Shown: positions 36,423 to 48,669, numbered from the stretch's first letter. The stretch: DNA of 64,000 nt from Myxococcales bacterium (GCA_047601445.1 JASGJH010000001.1:1248001-1312000); one strand, 5' to 3'. Notes: a model not told the origin generated them from the sequence alone. A program made the numbers and translations.

Positions 36423-37108
36423 CGCGGCGTGGTCTGGGAGCTGGGGCGCAGTCCGAAGATGGCGGTGCCCACACGCACGTTGGTGGAGCCTTCTTCGATC
36501 GCGAGCTCGAGATCGTCGCTCATGCCCATCGAGAGTTCGGGCAGCGCATGGGCCCGGGCGAGCTGCGCAAGCGCGCGATAGGCGGTGCGTGCTGCGTCTG
36601 GGTCGCCGGCTTTGGGAATCGTCATCAGGCCTCGCAATTCCAGCGCCGGGAGTTCCCGTACACGCGCGATCAGCTCGGCCACGGCAGCGGGCCCGAGGCC
36701 GCTCTTCTGTTGCTCGCCCGCCACGTTGACCTGCAACATCACCTGGACGCTGCGTCCTGCGGCGACCGCACGCTCGCTCAGCGCCTGAGCCGCGGAGGCG
36801 CTCGCGAGGGTCTCCACCACATGACAATGCGGCGCGAGCAACTTGGCCTTGTTACTCTGCAGCCCGCCGATGAAGTGCCATCGCAACTCCGGCAGGTCGC
36901 TCAGGGCCTTGGCCTTCTCGATCAGCTCTTGCGCGTAGTTCTCGCCGAAGTCGCGCTGTCCAGCGGCGTAGGCTGCGCGGATGGCCTCCACCGAGTGGAA
37001 CTTGGATACGGCCACCAGACGCACCGTATCCGACCTTCGGCCGCAACTCCGACAGGCTGCCTCGATACGCGCGCGTACCTCCGAAAGCCGCGCGGCGACC
37101 TCGCTCAC
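36419..37108 (-). CDS. yggS: PLP homeostasis protein
   Basis: LVAVSK, FGENYAQE, WHFIG.LQSNK, GLMTIP, LSMGMS, VRVGTAIFG. Confidence 0.96.
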   Translation of the reverse strand: MSEVAARLSEVRARIEAACRSCGRRSDTVRLVAVSKFHSVEAIRAAYAAGQRDFGENYAQELIEKAKALSDLPELRWHFIGGLQSNKAKLLAPHCHVVETLASASAAQALSERAVAAGRSVQVMLQVNVAGEQQKSGLGPAAVAELIARVRELPALELRGLMTIPKAGDPDAARTAYRALAQLARAHALPELSMGMSDDLELAIEEGSTNVRVGTAIFGLRPSSQTTPR

Positions 37109-37695
37109 GGCCAGCTCTCCAGCACGCCGAGTGCCTGCAAGAGTTCGACGGTCTCTGCCGCCGGCAACCCCACCACGCTGCTGTAGGATCCGTGAACCTC
37201 GCTCACCAGGGCCGCACCGAGGTCCTGGATCCCGTAGGACCCCGCCTTATCCATGCCCTCGCGGCTAGCGACGTAGCCTCGCAACGTGGTCTCGCTCAGC
37301 TCGCGGAAACGAACGCGTGTGGTGACCGTGATCACGCGGCTCTGCAGCTCGGGTAACAGCACCAACGCCACCCCGGTGTGAACCTCGTGCTCGCGCCCCG
37401 AAAGGGCCCGCAGCATGCGCTCGCTGTCCGCGAGATCCACCGGCTTGTTCAGCACTTCACCGTGCAGCACTACGGTGGTGTCCGATCCGAGCACGGCGCA
37501 AGGTTCGCCACGACTGGCGACCGCGCGAGCCTTGCCCTCCGCCAGGCGAGCCACATAGGCACGCGGCTCTTCGCCCGCGATGCGCGACTCGTCGATGTCG
37601 CTCGGCAGCACGTCGAAGGGAAGTCCGAGGCGGCCCAGGATCTCACGCCGTCGCGGCGAGGCCGACGCCAAGATCAGCGCCCGCGTGAGTTTCAC
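37105..37695 (-). CDS. maf: Maf family nucleoside triphosphate pyrophosphatase
   Basis: LASASPRR, GSDT, KP, DKAGSYGIQ, VVGLP. Confidence 0.95.
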   Translation of the reverse strand: MKLTRALILASASPRRREILGRLGLPFDVLPSDIDESRIAGEEPRAYVARLAEGKARAVASRGEPCAVLGSDTTVVLHGEVLNKPVDLADSERMLRALSGREHEVHTGVALVLLPELQSRVITVTTRVRFRELSETTLRGYVASREGMDKAGSYGIQDLGAALVSEVHGSYSSVVGLPAAETVELLQALGVLESWP

Positions 37696-39269
37696 GTGCG
37701 CTCCTCACCCAGGTTGCGGCGCACGCGCCGCACGTAGGTGTGCGCGACCTGAACCGGATCGAGCTCGAGACATTTGGCCAGCTCCGTCACGAACCCACGC
37801 ACGTAGACTAACGCGGGCAGCGCGCCGAAGTCGTCGTCTTCGATGGCCTCCAAATAGTTCAAGCTGATGCGCGTCCGCTTGCTGATGTGCTTCAGGTCCA
37901 CACCGCGCGACTCGCGCACGGCGCGCAGCAGGGTTCCGTCGAATTCCGTGTCGGGCGTGATGGCTGGCGCCGGCGGCAGGTCGCGGTCGCGCGCGTCGGG
38001 CAACGCCTCCTCCGGCACCGGCTCGGGCTCCACCGGGAACATGGAGAGTTCGTAGGGACGGCGGCGGGCGCGGTCGAGCAGCACGTCGAAGGCCTCCTCC
38101 AAGCGCGCCCGGATGGCCTTGAGTTCATCCGCCGAGAACAGCCCGTAACAACAGAGCGCATCCTCGCCGTAGACGTCGCGCACGCGCCGATAGGCCCGGC
38201 GAATCTCCTCGTCCGTGGCGCCGCGGTCGACCTCCAACAAGTCGTGGTGCGTGCCGGGCGGCACCGTGCGCAGCGTGCGCCGTCCACCCTTCCCCGCGTC
38301 GAGCGAGATCAGCCGACGGGCGAGCTTTTCGATGTTCTTGCTGGCCTTGGTCCCTGGGCTCTTAACGAGCAAGGGCTGACGGTCGCGAACGCAGGCCCAG
38401 ACGGTGTCGTCGTAGTCGATGTACCCGAGGTAATCGAGGTTCACGCCCAAGCGCTGCCAAGCCGCGCTCTTCATGCTCTCGCCAAGCTCCAGGTCCGCTC
38501 GCACGCGCGTCTGGTTGACCACGAAATGAACGCTGTAGGTCTCCAAGAAGCTGCGCGCGGCCTCGGCCAGGGGGTGCTCGTCGGCCTCCAGGGCCTCCAC
38601 CAACTCGCGCGGCACGGGCAAGCCACCGAGCTCGTCGGCCAGGGACAGCAACAAGCTGCGCTCGCCCTCATTGGCCGCCAGCTGCCATAGCTTTCGCAAG
38701 AACAGCGCCCGCACGAAGCGGTAGGTGCCCTCCACCGCGGCAGGCTCCGGTACCGTGACGTACAGCGTGATATCCGCTGCGGCGAAAGCATCGAGCAACT
38801 CGGGCTCGATACCCGCGCCCAAATCGAGCACGAGATAGTCGCAATCGAGCTCCGGCAAGGCCGCGAAAAGCTCGGCGCGCGTGCGCGGGCGAATCAAGCC
38901 TGCGTTGCCCTCGGCCACGCCTCCGTTGAGGAACAGCAGGCCCGGCACCGAGGTATTCTCCACGCAGGGGTTGGGCAGCTCGGGCTTGTAGGTCACCTGA
39001 CTGGGCAGGACCGGCGGAACCCCCAACAACGTGTGCAAGTGAGCGCCCGAACGGTCCGCGTCAACCACCACCGTGGTGCGGCCAAGGCTCGCCAAATAGA
39101 TCGAGAGATTCGAGGCCAACACGGTCTTGCCGGCGCCTCCCTTGGCTCCCGACACCGCGATCACGCGCTTGGGCCGCTGCCCCGTGCGCTTGGGAACGGA
39201 GCCGCTAAAACGACTGCTGGCGACGCCGGATCCTGACGGGGGCTCAGCCGATGACTCATCGACGCTCAT
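37692..39269 (-). CDS. MinD/FlhG-type ATPase fused to a J-like domain and a RodZ-type (XRE) HTH
   Basis: Deviant Walker A GAKGGAGKT, VVDAD, LDLGAG, PEP, VVNQ; then DLLEVDRGATDEEIRRAY; then LRAVRESRGVDL..IS..TRIS..YLEAIE...YVRGF. Confidence 0.88.
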   Translation of the reverse strand: MSVDESSAEPPSGSGVASSRFSGSVPKRTGQRPKRVIAVSGAKGGAGKTVLASNLSIYLASLGRTTVVVDADRSGAHLHTLLGVPPVLPSQVTYKPELPNPCVENTSVPGLLFLNGGVAEGNAGLIRPRTRAELFAALPELDCDYLVLDLGAGIEPELLDAFAAADITLYVTVPEPAAVEGTYRFVRALFLRKLWQLAANEGERSLLLSLADELGGLPVPRELVEALEADEHPLAEAARSFLETYSVHFVVNQTRVRADLELGESMKSAAWQRLGVNLDYLGYIDYDDTVWACVRDRQPLLVKSPGTKASKNIEKLARRLISLDAGKGGRRTLRTVPPGTHHDLLEVDRGATDEEIRRAYRRVRDVYGEDALCCYGLFSADELKAIRARLEEAFDVLLDRARRRPYELSMFPVEPEPVPEEALPDARDRDLPPAPAITPDTEFDGTLLRAVRESRGVDLKHISKRTRISLNYLEAIEDDDFGALPALVYVRGFVTELAKCLELDPVQVAHTYVRRVRRNLGEERT

Positions 39270-39304
39270 GGCGAGCCCACCACTGTCACAAACACTGCCT
39301 TGGC

Positions 39305-40909
<1,605 letters not shown>

Positions 40910-40993
40910 CAGAGTTCCAGGATAACCGCATCGGCCACGGTTCGTCAGCGAGCCGGCGCAACTTGTCCGCGGGATGACCGATAACGCCTACCG

Positions 40994-42586
40994 ATGAACG
41001 CCAACGTATGGCCTTGGGTGATGCTCTGCTTGCTCGCGCACGCAGCTTGTTTCCACGACTCCACGAGCCTGAGGGGCAGCTTGGGCCTGCCGCGTGTGGT
41101 GAGCGTTACAGTGCGCGATACGGCGGGCACTCCCTGGCCCACCGAGGCTGTTCCACGACGCATTCAGGTGGAACTCCGCTTCGAAGCAACGCCCACCGAA
41201 CGGCGCTCGCCGTGGCCCATCTACCTGGTGCGCGGGCTCGCCGACGATGACTTTCTGGCCGACTTGGCGCATCCCCCGCTGCGGGATGCCACCGCGTCGC
41301 GACTCCTCGATTCGAGTCAGGTGCTCGGCGCGGACGCGCAGCTCGTGGTGACCCCGCTCGAGTCCTTGCTCCCTGGCGCCTCGTACACGCTGGTCTGGCT
41401 GGGGGAGGAGTCGCCGCAGAGCTATCCACTCAAGGTCTCGAACAGCCCGGCGGCCGGCGCGGCTCTGCTGCAAACCCTCCCCATCTCCCAGGCGCGCGAC
41501 ATTCCGCTCAACATGCGGCGCGCGCTGCTGCGCTTCGATGGCGATCTGGCCGACTTCGAAGTCGCCTGGGAGCTGCACGACCCGAGCGGGTCCTCCGCGG
41601 TGGAGGCGCGGCGGATAACATGTCCGACGCTCGGATTGGGCCCGGGCGACTGCATTTGGCTAACCTGGTCGCGGGAACTCGCGCCGCAAACGTTGTACAC
41701 GCTGTCACTCTCGGGCGACCTGCATGACGCCACCGGGGCCGCCGTGACGTTTCCCCCGCTCAGCTTCGAAACGGCGACGCAGGCGGACTACAGCCCCCCC
41801 ACGCCAATCGCCTCGCCCTGCGCAAAGGACGAAGAGCAAGTATCGGGTGCGTGCGTCTTGGGCATGGAGGACTCGTTCGGCGTGCGTGTCCAGAGCGAGG
41901 AGCCCGCCCTGGTGGAGATGCTCGCCTTGCCCGCGCGTACCGCCGACTTGGCCGCCCAAGATCCGGTCGAGCTCGAACTCGCCGGCCTGACTTCGGAGGG
42001 CCCGTGTCGGTTCCTACGGCTCACCGATCTCGCGGAAAATCGCCTCGAAATCCCGCTCTGCACCCCGCTGCCCCGGGACCTTGCCACGCTCACCATCGAC
42101 GAGGTCCGTGCCGACCCGCTGGGACCCGAGCCAGCACAGGAGTACGTGGAGTTGCTAAACTTCGGGACACTACCTCTGGTCATGGCGGGTTTCTTCCTCA
42201 CCGACGATCCATTCAGCGAGGGCCGTGCCTTGAGCATGCCCAGTCCGCTGCTGCCCGGTGAACGCGTGTTGGTCGTGGGCCCCGACTTCGAACGTCGCGA
42301 ACCGAACGATGCACCTGTGCCCGATGCCGTGCGCCTCTTGCGGCTCGATGCTTCGCTCTCCCTGGCCAACGACGGGAGCTCGCTTTTCCTCCGCGACGCC
42401 CAGGGCCGCAGGCTCGCCGAGATCCCCCGCCTCGCGCCCGCGGCGCCTGGGCTGTGTGTGGCGCGAGCGGCGGGATCCCGGCCGCGCAGCGGACACAGCG
42501 AGGCCTTCGTGCACGACGAGACCACGATCTGCACGCCTGGTTCCGCTAGCACGCCTTCGACGGCTGTCTCTACGGTCCCTCCATGA
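40994..42586 (+). CDS. Putative lipoprotein with Ig-like domains and a C-terminal lamin-tail domain
   Basis: Signal with HAAC lipobox-like end; LAPQTLYTL Ig-like segment; LTIDEVRADP...EYVELLN...LPGE...LANDG...TPG LTD pattern. Confidence 0.72.
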   Translation: MNANVWPWVMLCLLAHAACFHDSTSLRGSLGLPRVVSVTVRDTAGTPWPTEAVPRRIQVELRFEATPTERRSPWPIYLVRGLADDDFLADLAHPPLRDATASRLLDSSQVLGADAQLVVTPLESLLPGASYTLVWLGEESPQSYPLKVSNSPAAGAALLQTLPISQARDIPLNMRRALLRFDGDLADFEVAWELHDPSGSSAVEARRITCPTLGLGPGDCIWLTWSRELAPQTLYTLSLSGDLHDATGAAVTFPPLSFETATQADYSPPTPIASPCAKDEEQVSGACVLGMEDSFGVRVQSEEPALVEMLALPARTADLAAQDPVELELAGLTSEGPCRFLRLTDLAENRLEIPLCTPLPRDLATLTIDEVRADPLGPEPAQEYVELLNFGTLPLVMAGFFLTDDPFSEGRALSMPSPLLPGERVLVVGPDFERREPNDAPVPDAVRLLRLDASLSLANDGSSLFLRDAQGRRLAEIPRLAPAAPGLCVARAAGSRPRSGHSEAFVHDETTICTPGSASTPSTAVSTVPP

Positions 42587-44727
42587 CCCTGTTCCCCTCT
42601 GGTCCGCGCGAAGAGACCCTGCAGGGCACGGTGGAGTCCGTCGTCTATCAAAGCGCCGATGGCTTCTTCTCCGTCGTGCGCGTACTGGTCGAGCGGGACA
42701 GCAGTGAAGCCACCGTGATCGGCGACCTGGGCAGCGTGAGCCCGGGAGAGTCCCTACGCTTTCGCGGGCGCTTCACCGAACACCCCGTACACGGCAGGCG
42801 CTTTCAGGTGTCGAGCTTCACACCCGTGCTCCCACAGTCGACCCAAGGCATCACGCGATACCTGGGCTCGGGCTTGATCCCGGGCATCGGCAAGGGGCTC
42901 GCCGAGCGACTGGTGCAGCAGTTCGGCGATCGCGCTCTCGACGTCATCGCCACCCAGTCGGGACGACTGCGCGAAGTTCCCGGGATCGGGCGCCAGCGCG
43001 CCCAGGCCATCGCGCAGGCCGTACGGGAGCGCCGCGATGAGACCGAGCTGATGAGCTACCTGCACAGCCTCGGGCTGGGGCCGGCGCTCGCCAAGCGGAT
43101 CCGCAAGCGCTACGGCGAACGCGCGGTGCAGGTGATCCGCGAAGATCCCTACCTGGTCGCTGAGCATGTACCGGGCATCGGCTTCAAAACCGCAGATGCC
43201 ATGGGACGCGCCTCCGGTCTCGCACTGGACGACCCCCGCCGGGCCGCCGCGGCAGCGCTGCACTTGCTCGGCGCCGGAGCCGAGGAAGGTCACGTCTATC
43301 TCACGGCCGATCAACTCGTCGAAGATGGCGAAGAGCTCGACGTGCCCGCAGCGCGCATGCAGGAAGCCATCGAGAGCCTCGCCTCGCGCGAACTCATCGC
43401 ACGCGAAGGCAACGCGGTGTACGCAGCACCGCTCTATCATGCCGAGGTCGAAGTGGCGCGGCTCCTGCGCGAACGCGTGCTGAGCTCTTCGGGGTCACGA
43501 CCAGCCGACGAGTTGACCGCGAGTCATGGCCTCTCCGAAGCACAGTCACGGGCGGTAGCCGCCACGTTCGCCTCACGGGTGCTCATCATCACCGGTGGTC
43601 CCGGCACAGGCAAGACCACCACCGTGCGGGGCATCGTGGCCGCTCACCGCGAGCTCGGTCGCCAAGTCGTGTTGTGCGCGCCCACCGGTCGCGCCGCCAA
43701 GCGCCTGAGCGAAGCCTCGGGAGCCGAGGCCAAAACCATCCACCGCCTGCTCGAGTGGAACCCGGCCACCGCGCGCTTCCAGCGTGACCGTGACAACCCC
43801 GTGGAGGCCGACGTGGTGTTGGTAGACGAAGCCTCCATGCTCAACCTGCAGCTGGCGCACCGCCTGTTCGAGGCCATCCCGCCGCAGGTCCCGCTGGTGT
43901 TGGTCGGAGATGTCGATCAGCTCCCCCCGGTCGGCGCGGGTCAAGTGCTGCGCGCGGTCATCGACAGCGGCGTGGTGCCGGTCGAGCGCCTCGCCACGGT
44001 GTTTCGCCAGGCCCAGGAGAGCCATATCGTGCGCGGAGCCCACGCCATCCTCCATGGAGAACCGCCGCCCTCGAGTCCAGCGGGCCAGCAAGGCTCGGGA
44101 GAGCTGTTCGTGGTGAAAGCCAAGGAGCCCGAGGCGGCGCTCGGCAAGCTCCAGGAGATGCTCAAGCGCCTGCCCACGGCCTACGGCTTCGACCTCAAGC
44201 GTGACGTGATGGTGCTCTCGCCGATGCGGCGTGGACCGCTCGGCACCGAGCGACTCAACGAGTTCCTCCAGCGCGAGTTCAACCCGAGCTTGAGCGGCTC
44301 GGAGAAGTCCCTGGCGCTGCGCCCTGGCGACCGCGTGATGCAACTGCGCAACGACTACGACAAGGAAGCCTTCAACGGTGATCTGGGCGAAATTCGAAAC
44401 GTGGCCGGCGGCGTAACCTACGTGTCCATGGACGGGCGCGAGGTGCGCTACAAGCACGACGAGCTCGACGACCTCACGCTGGCCTACGCCTCCACGGTGC
44501 ACAAGGTGCAGGGCAGCGAGTTTCCCGCGGTCATCGTGGTGCTGCACGCTTCGCATCATGTGCTTCTGTCGCGCGCGTTGCTCTACACGGCGGTGACCCG
44601 CGCCAAGCGCTTGGCCATCGTCCTCGGCGACGAACGGGCGCTTCTGCGCGCGGTCCGCAACGTCGAGAGTCAGCAATCCCAAAGCAAACTCACCGAACGC
44701 CTGCGCGCCGCTTTTCCCACAACATAG
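42583..44727 (+). CDS. recD2: ATP-dependent RecD-like helicase
   Basis: N-terminal OB and HhH repeats (IPGIG, VPGIG), GGPGTGKT, APTGRAA, DEASM, GDVDQL, HKVQGSEF, YTAVTRA. Confidence 0.95.
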   Translation: MTLFPSGPREETLQGTVESVVYQSADGFFSVVRVLVERDSSEATVIGDLGSVSPGESLRFRGRFTEHPVHGRRFQVSSFTPVLPQSTQGITRYLGSGLIPGIGKGLAERLVQQFGDRALDVIATQSGRLREVPGIGRQRAQAIAQAVRERRDETELMSYLHSLGLGPALAKRIRKRYGERAVQVIREDPYLVAEHVPGIGFKTADAMGRASGLALDDPRRAAAAALHLLGAGAEEGHVYLTADQLVEDGEELDVPAARMQEAIESLASRELIAREGNAVYAAPLYHAEVEVARLLRERVLSSSGSRPADELTASHGLSEAQSRAVAATFASRVLIITGGPGTGKTTTVRGIVAAHRELGRQVVLCAPTGRAAKRLSEASGAEAKTIHRLLEWNPATARFQRDRDNPVEADVVLVDEASMLNLQLAHRLFEAIPPQVPLVLVGDVDQLPPVGAGQVLRAVIDSGVVPVERLATVFRQAQESHIVRGAHAILHGEPPPSSPAGQQGSGELFVVKAKEPEAALGKLQEMLKRLPTAYGFDLKRDVMVLSPMRRGPLGTERLNEFLQREFNPSLSGSEKSLALRPGDRVMQLRNDYDKEAFNGDLGEIRNVAGGVTYVSMDGREVRYKHDELDDLTLAYASTVHKVQGSEFPAVIVVLHASHHVLLSRALLYTAVTRAKRLAIVLGDERALLRAVRNVESQQSQSKLTERLRAAFPTT

Positions 44728-44732
44728 GGGCC

Positions 44733-44741
44733 TGCTAGGCT
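44733..44741 (+). promoter_or_regulatory. Extended -10 element of pgm (probable leaderless transcript)
   Basis: TG-c-TAGGCT, 6 nt before the ATG, no SD. Confidence 0.5.
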
Positions 44742-44747
44742 CCTGCC

Positions 44748-46388
44748 ATGCATCCCTTGGCCGGCCGCCCCGCACCACGTTCCCTCCTGGTATCGATTCC
44801 GCGGCTGGTCACCGCGTACTATGCGCAGACGCCCGATCCCAAGGTCGCCGCCGAGCGCGTGGCCTTCGGCACCTCGGGCCATCGCGGCTCCTCCTTCACC
44901 CGTAGCTTCAATGAGGCGCACATCGCAGCGGTCACCCAGGCCGTCTGCGACTACCGCAAGCAAGCCGGCATCGACGGTCCCCTGTTCCTCGGCATCGACA
45001 CCCACGCGCTGAGCGAACCAGCGCTCGAAACCGCCGTCTCGGTGCTGATCGCCAACGGCGTCACCACCATGGTCGACAGCGCGCGCGGCTACACCCCCAC
45101 GCCCGCGGTGTCCCACGCCATCCTCACCTACAACCACGGGCGCAAGCAGCAGCTGGCGGACGGCATCGTGGTCACGCCTTCCCACAATCCTCCGGACGAT
45201 GGCGGGTTCAAGTACAACCCGCCCCACGGCGGTCCGGCCGACACCGACGTCACCAAGGTCATCGAGGCCGGCGCCAACGCCTACCTCGAAGCGGGCTTGA
45301 GCGGCGTCAAGCGCGTGGCCGCCTCCGAGGCCTGGAGCGCCACCCACAAGCACGACTACATCGCGAGCTACGTGGGCGACCTCGAGCACGTCATCGACAT
45401 GGACAAGCTGCGTTCAGCCAAGCTGCGCATCGGCGTCGATCCCCTCGGCGGAGCCGCAGTCGGCTACTGGGCCCCCATCGCCGAGCGCTACAAGCTCGAT
45501 CTGAACATCGTCAACGACGGCGTCGACCCGACCTTCTCGTTCGTACGTGTGGATCACGACGGCAAGATCCGTATGGATTGCTCCTCGCCTTCGGCCATGG
45601 CCGGCCTCGTGGAGATGCGCGACCGCTTCGACCTGGCCTTCGGCAACGACGCCGACGTGGATCGCCACGGCATCGTCACGCCCAAGGGCGGTCTCCTGAA
45701 TCCGAACCATTATCTGGCCATCGCCATCGACTACCTCGCCCAACATCGCCCGGGCTTCGCGCCGTCGGCTGGCATCGGCAAGACCCTGGTCTCGAGCAGC
45801 CTCATCGACCGCGTGGCGCACGGGGTCAAGCGGCCGCTCGTGGAAGTCCCCGTCGGGTTCAAGTGGTTCGTTCCGGGTTTGTCCGATGGCAGCCTGTTCT
45901 TCGGCGGCGAAGAGAGCGCGGGAGCCTCGTTCCTGCGCCGCGACGGCCGCGTCTGGACCACGGACAAAGACGGCATCGTCATGGACCTCCTGGCCGCAGA
46001 GATTCGCGCAGTCACGGGCAAGGATCTCGCCGACTACTACCAAAGCCTCACCGCGCGCTATGGCGCTCCCGTCTACGCCCGCAAGGACGTCCCCACGAGT
46101 CCCGCCCACAAGGCCGCGCTCGGCAAGCTCTCGCCCGAGCAGGTCACCCTCAAGCAGCTGGCGGGGGATCCCATCGAGAACGTCCTCACCAAGGCTCCCG
46201 GCAATGGCGCCAGCATCGGCGGCATCAAAGTCACCACCGCGCGCGGCTGGTTCGCGGCCCGCCCCTCGGGCACGGAGAACGTCTACAAGGTCTACGCGGA
46301 AAGCTTCGTGGACGACGCCCACCTGCGCCGCATCCAGCAAGACGCCGAGGGGCTCGTGTCGAGCGCCCTCAAGGCAGCCGGGCTCTAG
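44748..46388 (+). CDS. pgm: Phosphoglucomutase (alpha-D-glucose phosphate-specific)
   Basis: [36 protein letters not shown]. Confidence 0.97.
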   Translation: MHPLAGRPAPRSLLVSIPRLVTAYYAQTPDPKVAAERVAFGTSGHRGSSFTRSFNEAHIAAVTQAVCDYRKQAGIDGPLFLGIDTHALSEPALETAVSVLIANGVTTMVDSARGYTPTPAVSHAILTYNHGRKQQLADGIVVTPSHNPPDDGGFKYNPPHGGPADTDVTKVIEAGANAYLEAGLSGVKRVAASEAWSATHKHDYIASYVGDLEHVIDMDKLRSAKLRIGVDPLGGAAVGYWAPIAERYKLDLNIVNDGVDPTFSFVRVDHDGKIRMDCSSPSAMAGLVEMRDRFDLAFGNDADVDRHGIVTPKGGLLNPNHYLAIAIDYLAQHRPGFAPSAGIGKTLVSSSLIDRVAHGVKRPLVEVPVGFKWFVPGLSDGSLFFGGEESAGASFLRRDGRVWTTDKDGIVMDLLAAEIRAVTGKDLADYYQSLTARYGAPVYARKDVPTSPAHKAALGKLSPEQVTLKQLAGDPIENVLTKAPGNGASIGGIKVTTARGWFAARPSGTENVYKVYAESFVDDAHLRRIQQDAEGLVSSALKAAGL

Positions 46389-46399
46389 CAACTGAAGCG

Positions 46400-47503
46400 C
46401 TAGTCGTCGCCGAAGATCAGGCGCACCACGGCGTCGTGGAAATGCGGTCTATAGGTGCGGATCTTGATGTTCTCGCGTGTCGTGTGCACTCGATTGCTCA
46501 ACAGCACCACGCACAGGGCACGCGCAGGATCGCACCAGATCGAGGTCCCGGTGAACCCGAGGTGCCCGAAGGCGCGCGACGAAAACAGCCCGCCCGCGCT
46601 CGACCCCTCCGCGCTCTTGGTGTCCCAACCAATGACGTGACCGCCCCCCGGCCGCGGCTTCAGCGCCCAGCGCAAGATCCCCTGGTCCAGCCAGCGTGAG
46701 CGGCCCTCCAGTGCATCCAGCAGCGCGAGCCCGAAGTCCAGCACCGCATCCGCCTGCCCGAATAGCCCTGCGTGCCCCGCGATGCCGCCGAACACCGCGC
46801 AGTTCTCGTCGTGGACTTCTCCGAGCACCACACGCCCGCGAAACTCGCATTGCTCCGTGGGCGCTACTCGCTCGAGCAACTCGTCGCGCCGGTCGGCCGG
46901 CAAGGCCGCCGCATAGAAGACCTCCTGCGAGATCCCCAACGGGTCCGTGACCTGCTCCCGCACGAGGCGGTCGAGCGGCACCCCGGCCGCCCGCGCCAAC
47001 GCTTCCCCGGCCACGATGTAACCGAGATCGCTGTATACGCTGCCCTGCGCGGGTTCACCGGTATATCCCCGCGTCGCGGCCTCCCGGAGGATGAAACGCT
47101 TGGCCTCTGCGCTCCCGAAAGGCGCCCGCGTTTCTCGAAACAGCCCGCCCCACGGTGAGAGCCCGGCGCGGTGGGACAAAAGGCTCGCCACGGACGCTTC
47201 TCCGCCCACGGTTTCGGCCAGCTCCGGCAACACATCCGCGACTGGCCCATGGAGGTCCACACGCCCCGCTTGCGAGAGCCGCAGCGCACTCACCGCCACG
47301 AATGGCTTGGTCAGGGACGCCAAGTCGTAGATCGTGTCGAGCTCCGCGAAGGCCCCCTCTTTGGTGAGTACCCCGGCGCAAGCAGACAGGCGCTGCACGG
47401 TGCTGCCTTCACGCCAGCCAAGCGCGGCCACCGCCCCAGGAAACACCCCCTCATGCACCCCCTCGTGCAACAACAGTTCGAGCTCACTGACCCGCGTATC
47501 CAT
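46400..47503 (-). CDS. Serine hydrolase, beta-lactamase class C-like family
   Basis: SxxK (ASLTK), YSD, VHDEN, GHAG, HLGFTG; no signal peptide seen. Confidence 0.9.
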   Translation of the reverse strand: MDTRVSELELLLHEGVHEGVFPGAVAALGWREGSTVQRLSACAGVLTKEGAFAELDTIYDLASLTKPFVAVSALRLSQAGRVDLHGPVADVLPELAETVGGEASVASLLSHRAGLSPWGGLFRETRAPFGSAEAKRFILREAATRGYTGEPAQGSVYSDLGYIVAGEALARAAGVPLDRLVREQVTDPLGISQEVFYAAALPADRRDELLERVAPTEQCEFRGRVVLGEVHDENCAVFGGIAGHAGLFGQADAVLDFGLALLDALEGRSRWLDQGILRWALKPRPGGGHVIGWDTKSAEGSSAGGLFSSRAFGHLGFTGTSIWCDPARALCVVLLSNRVHTTRENIKIRTYRPHFHDAVVRLIFGDD

Positions 47504-47550
47504 CCCTTTCCGTCTACCGGAGCCCAACGAGCGGGTCTACATAACGCCTC

Positions 47551-48616
47551 GTGAACACCGTCGAGTCTTCCTTGGAGCAATTGCGTCAACGTCAGACCAC
47601 GCTGCCCTTCGTCACCGCCCACGTGCCGGCAGTCACAGGCGTACTCAAGCAGACGCCCGAGGACTTCGAAGTCGAGGAGATCCCCGCCTATTTGCCCTCG
47701 GGTGAAGGCGAGCACCTCTACCTCTGGATCGAGAAGCGCGAGCTAAATACACCCGATGCGGCGCGGCACCTGGCCCGGGCGCTCCAGACCCGGCCCGAAA
47801 ACGCCGGCTGGGCGGGGCTGAAGGACCGGCGCGCGGTCACCCGGCAGTGGATCAGCTTCCAGTGTCCGACCACCCCGACCCCGGAGAGCCTCGACGTGCC
47901 CGGCGTGCGGGTCCTCTCGGTCTCCCGCCACGCCAACAAGCTGCGCACGGGCCACCTGCGTGGAAATCGCTTTCGCTTGCGCCTGGCGGGCGTGCCCGAC
48001 GGCCAGGAGCGCCACGTGGAGGAGGCCTTGGCCCACCTGCAACAGGTCGGGTTGCCTGCGTATTTTGGAACGCAGCGCTTCGGCTTCGGCGGCAAGAACC
48101 TGACCAACGCCTACGCCTGGATCGTGGGCGGCGAGCGGGCCCCCCAGAAGCCGTTCCTGCGCAAGCTCTTCGTGTCGGCCCTGCAGGGCGCGCTCTTCAA
48201 CGCCTGGCTTGGGGATCGTATCGAGAACAAGACGTTCGGCAGTGCCCTCTTGGGCGACCTGATGCGCAAGGAAGATACGGGCGGCATCTTCCTTTGCGAG
48301 GATCCCGCGACCGACGGCGCGCGTATCGAACGCTGGGAAATATCTCCCACAGGTCCGATGTTCGGGGCACGCATGAAAGCTCCCACCGGCGACGCCCTGG
48401 CGCGCGAGAACGAACAGTTGGCTCGCTACGGGGTCACCATGGAGCACCTTTCGCGCGTTGAGCGCTTCGGCGAAGGGACGCGGCGTCCCGCGAGAGTGAG
48501 ACCGGACCAAGTCAGCACAGAGCGTGCGGGCGCGGACCTGGTCCTCGAATTTCGGGTTACCCCGCGGTGCTTACGCCACCGAACTTGTCTCGGAGCTGTT
48601 AAAACTCGCGAATTGA
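47551..48616 (+). CDS. truD: tRNA pseudouridine(13) synthase, +1 frameshift near 48555
   Basis: PEDFEVEE, GEHLYL, AGLKD..AVTRQ, GNRF, YFGTQRFG; removing one base restores FRLPRGAYAT...stop at 48616. Confidence 0.93.
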
Positions 48617-48640
48617 GCCTGAGCGAAGAATCTTGAGCGC

Positions 48641-48669
48641 TTGCCGGCTCCGGGTGCCTCCCGTACTTT
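48641..48669 (+). promoter_or_regulatory. Putative sigma70-type promoter of exbB-exbD-tonB
   Basis: TTGCCG-N17-TACTTT, 43 nt upstream of ATG 48713. Confidence 0.5.

Noticed and set aside
46400..47503. Serine hydrolase as an antibiotic-resistance beta-lactamase
   Set aside because: No signal peptide; HDEN/GHAG/HLG motifs fit the broader esterase/amidase branch.
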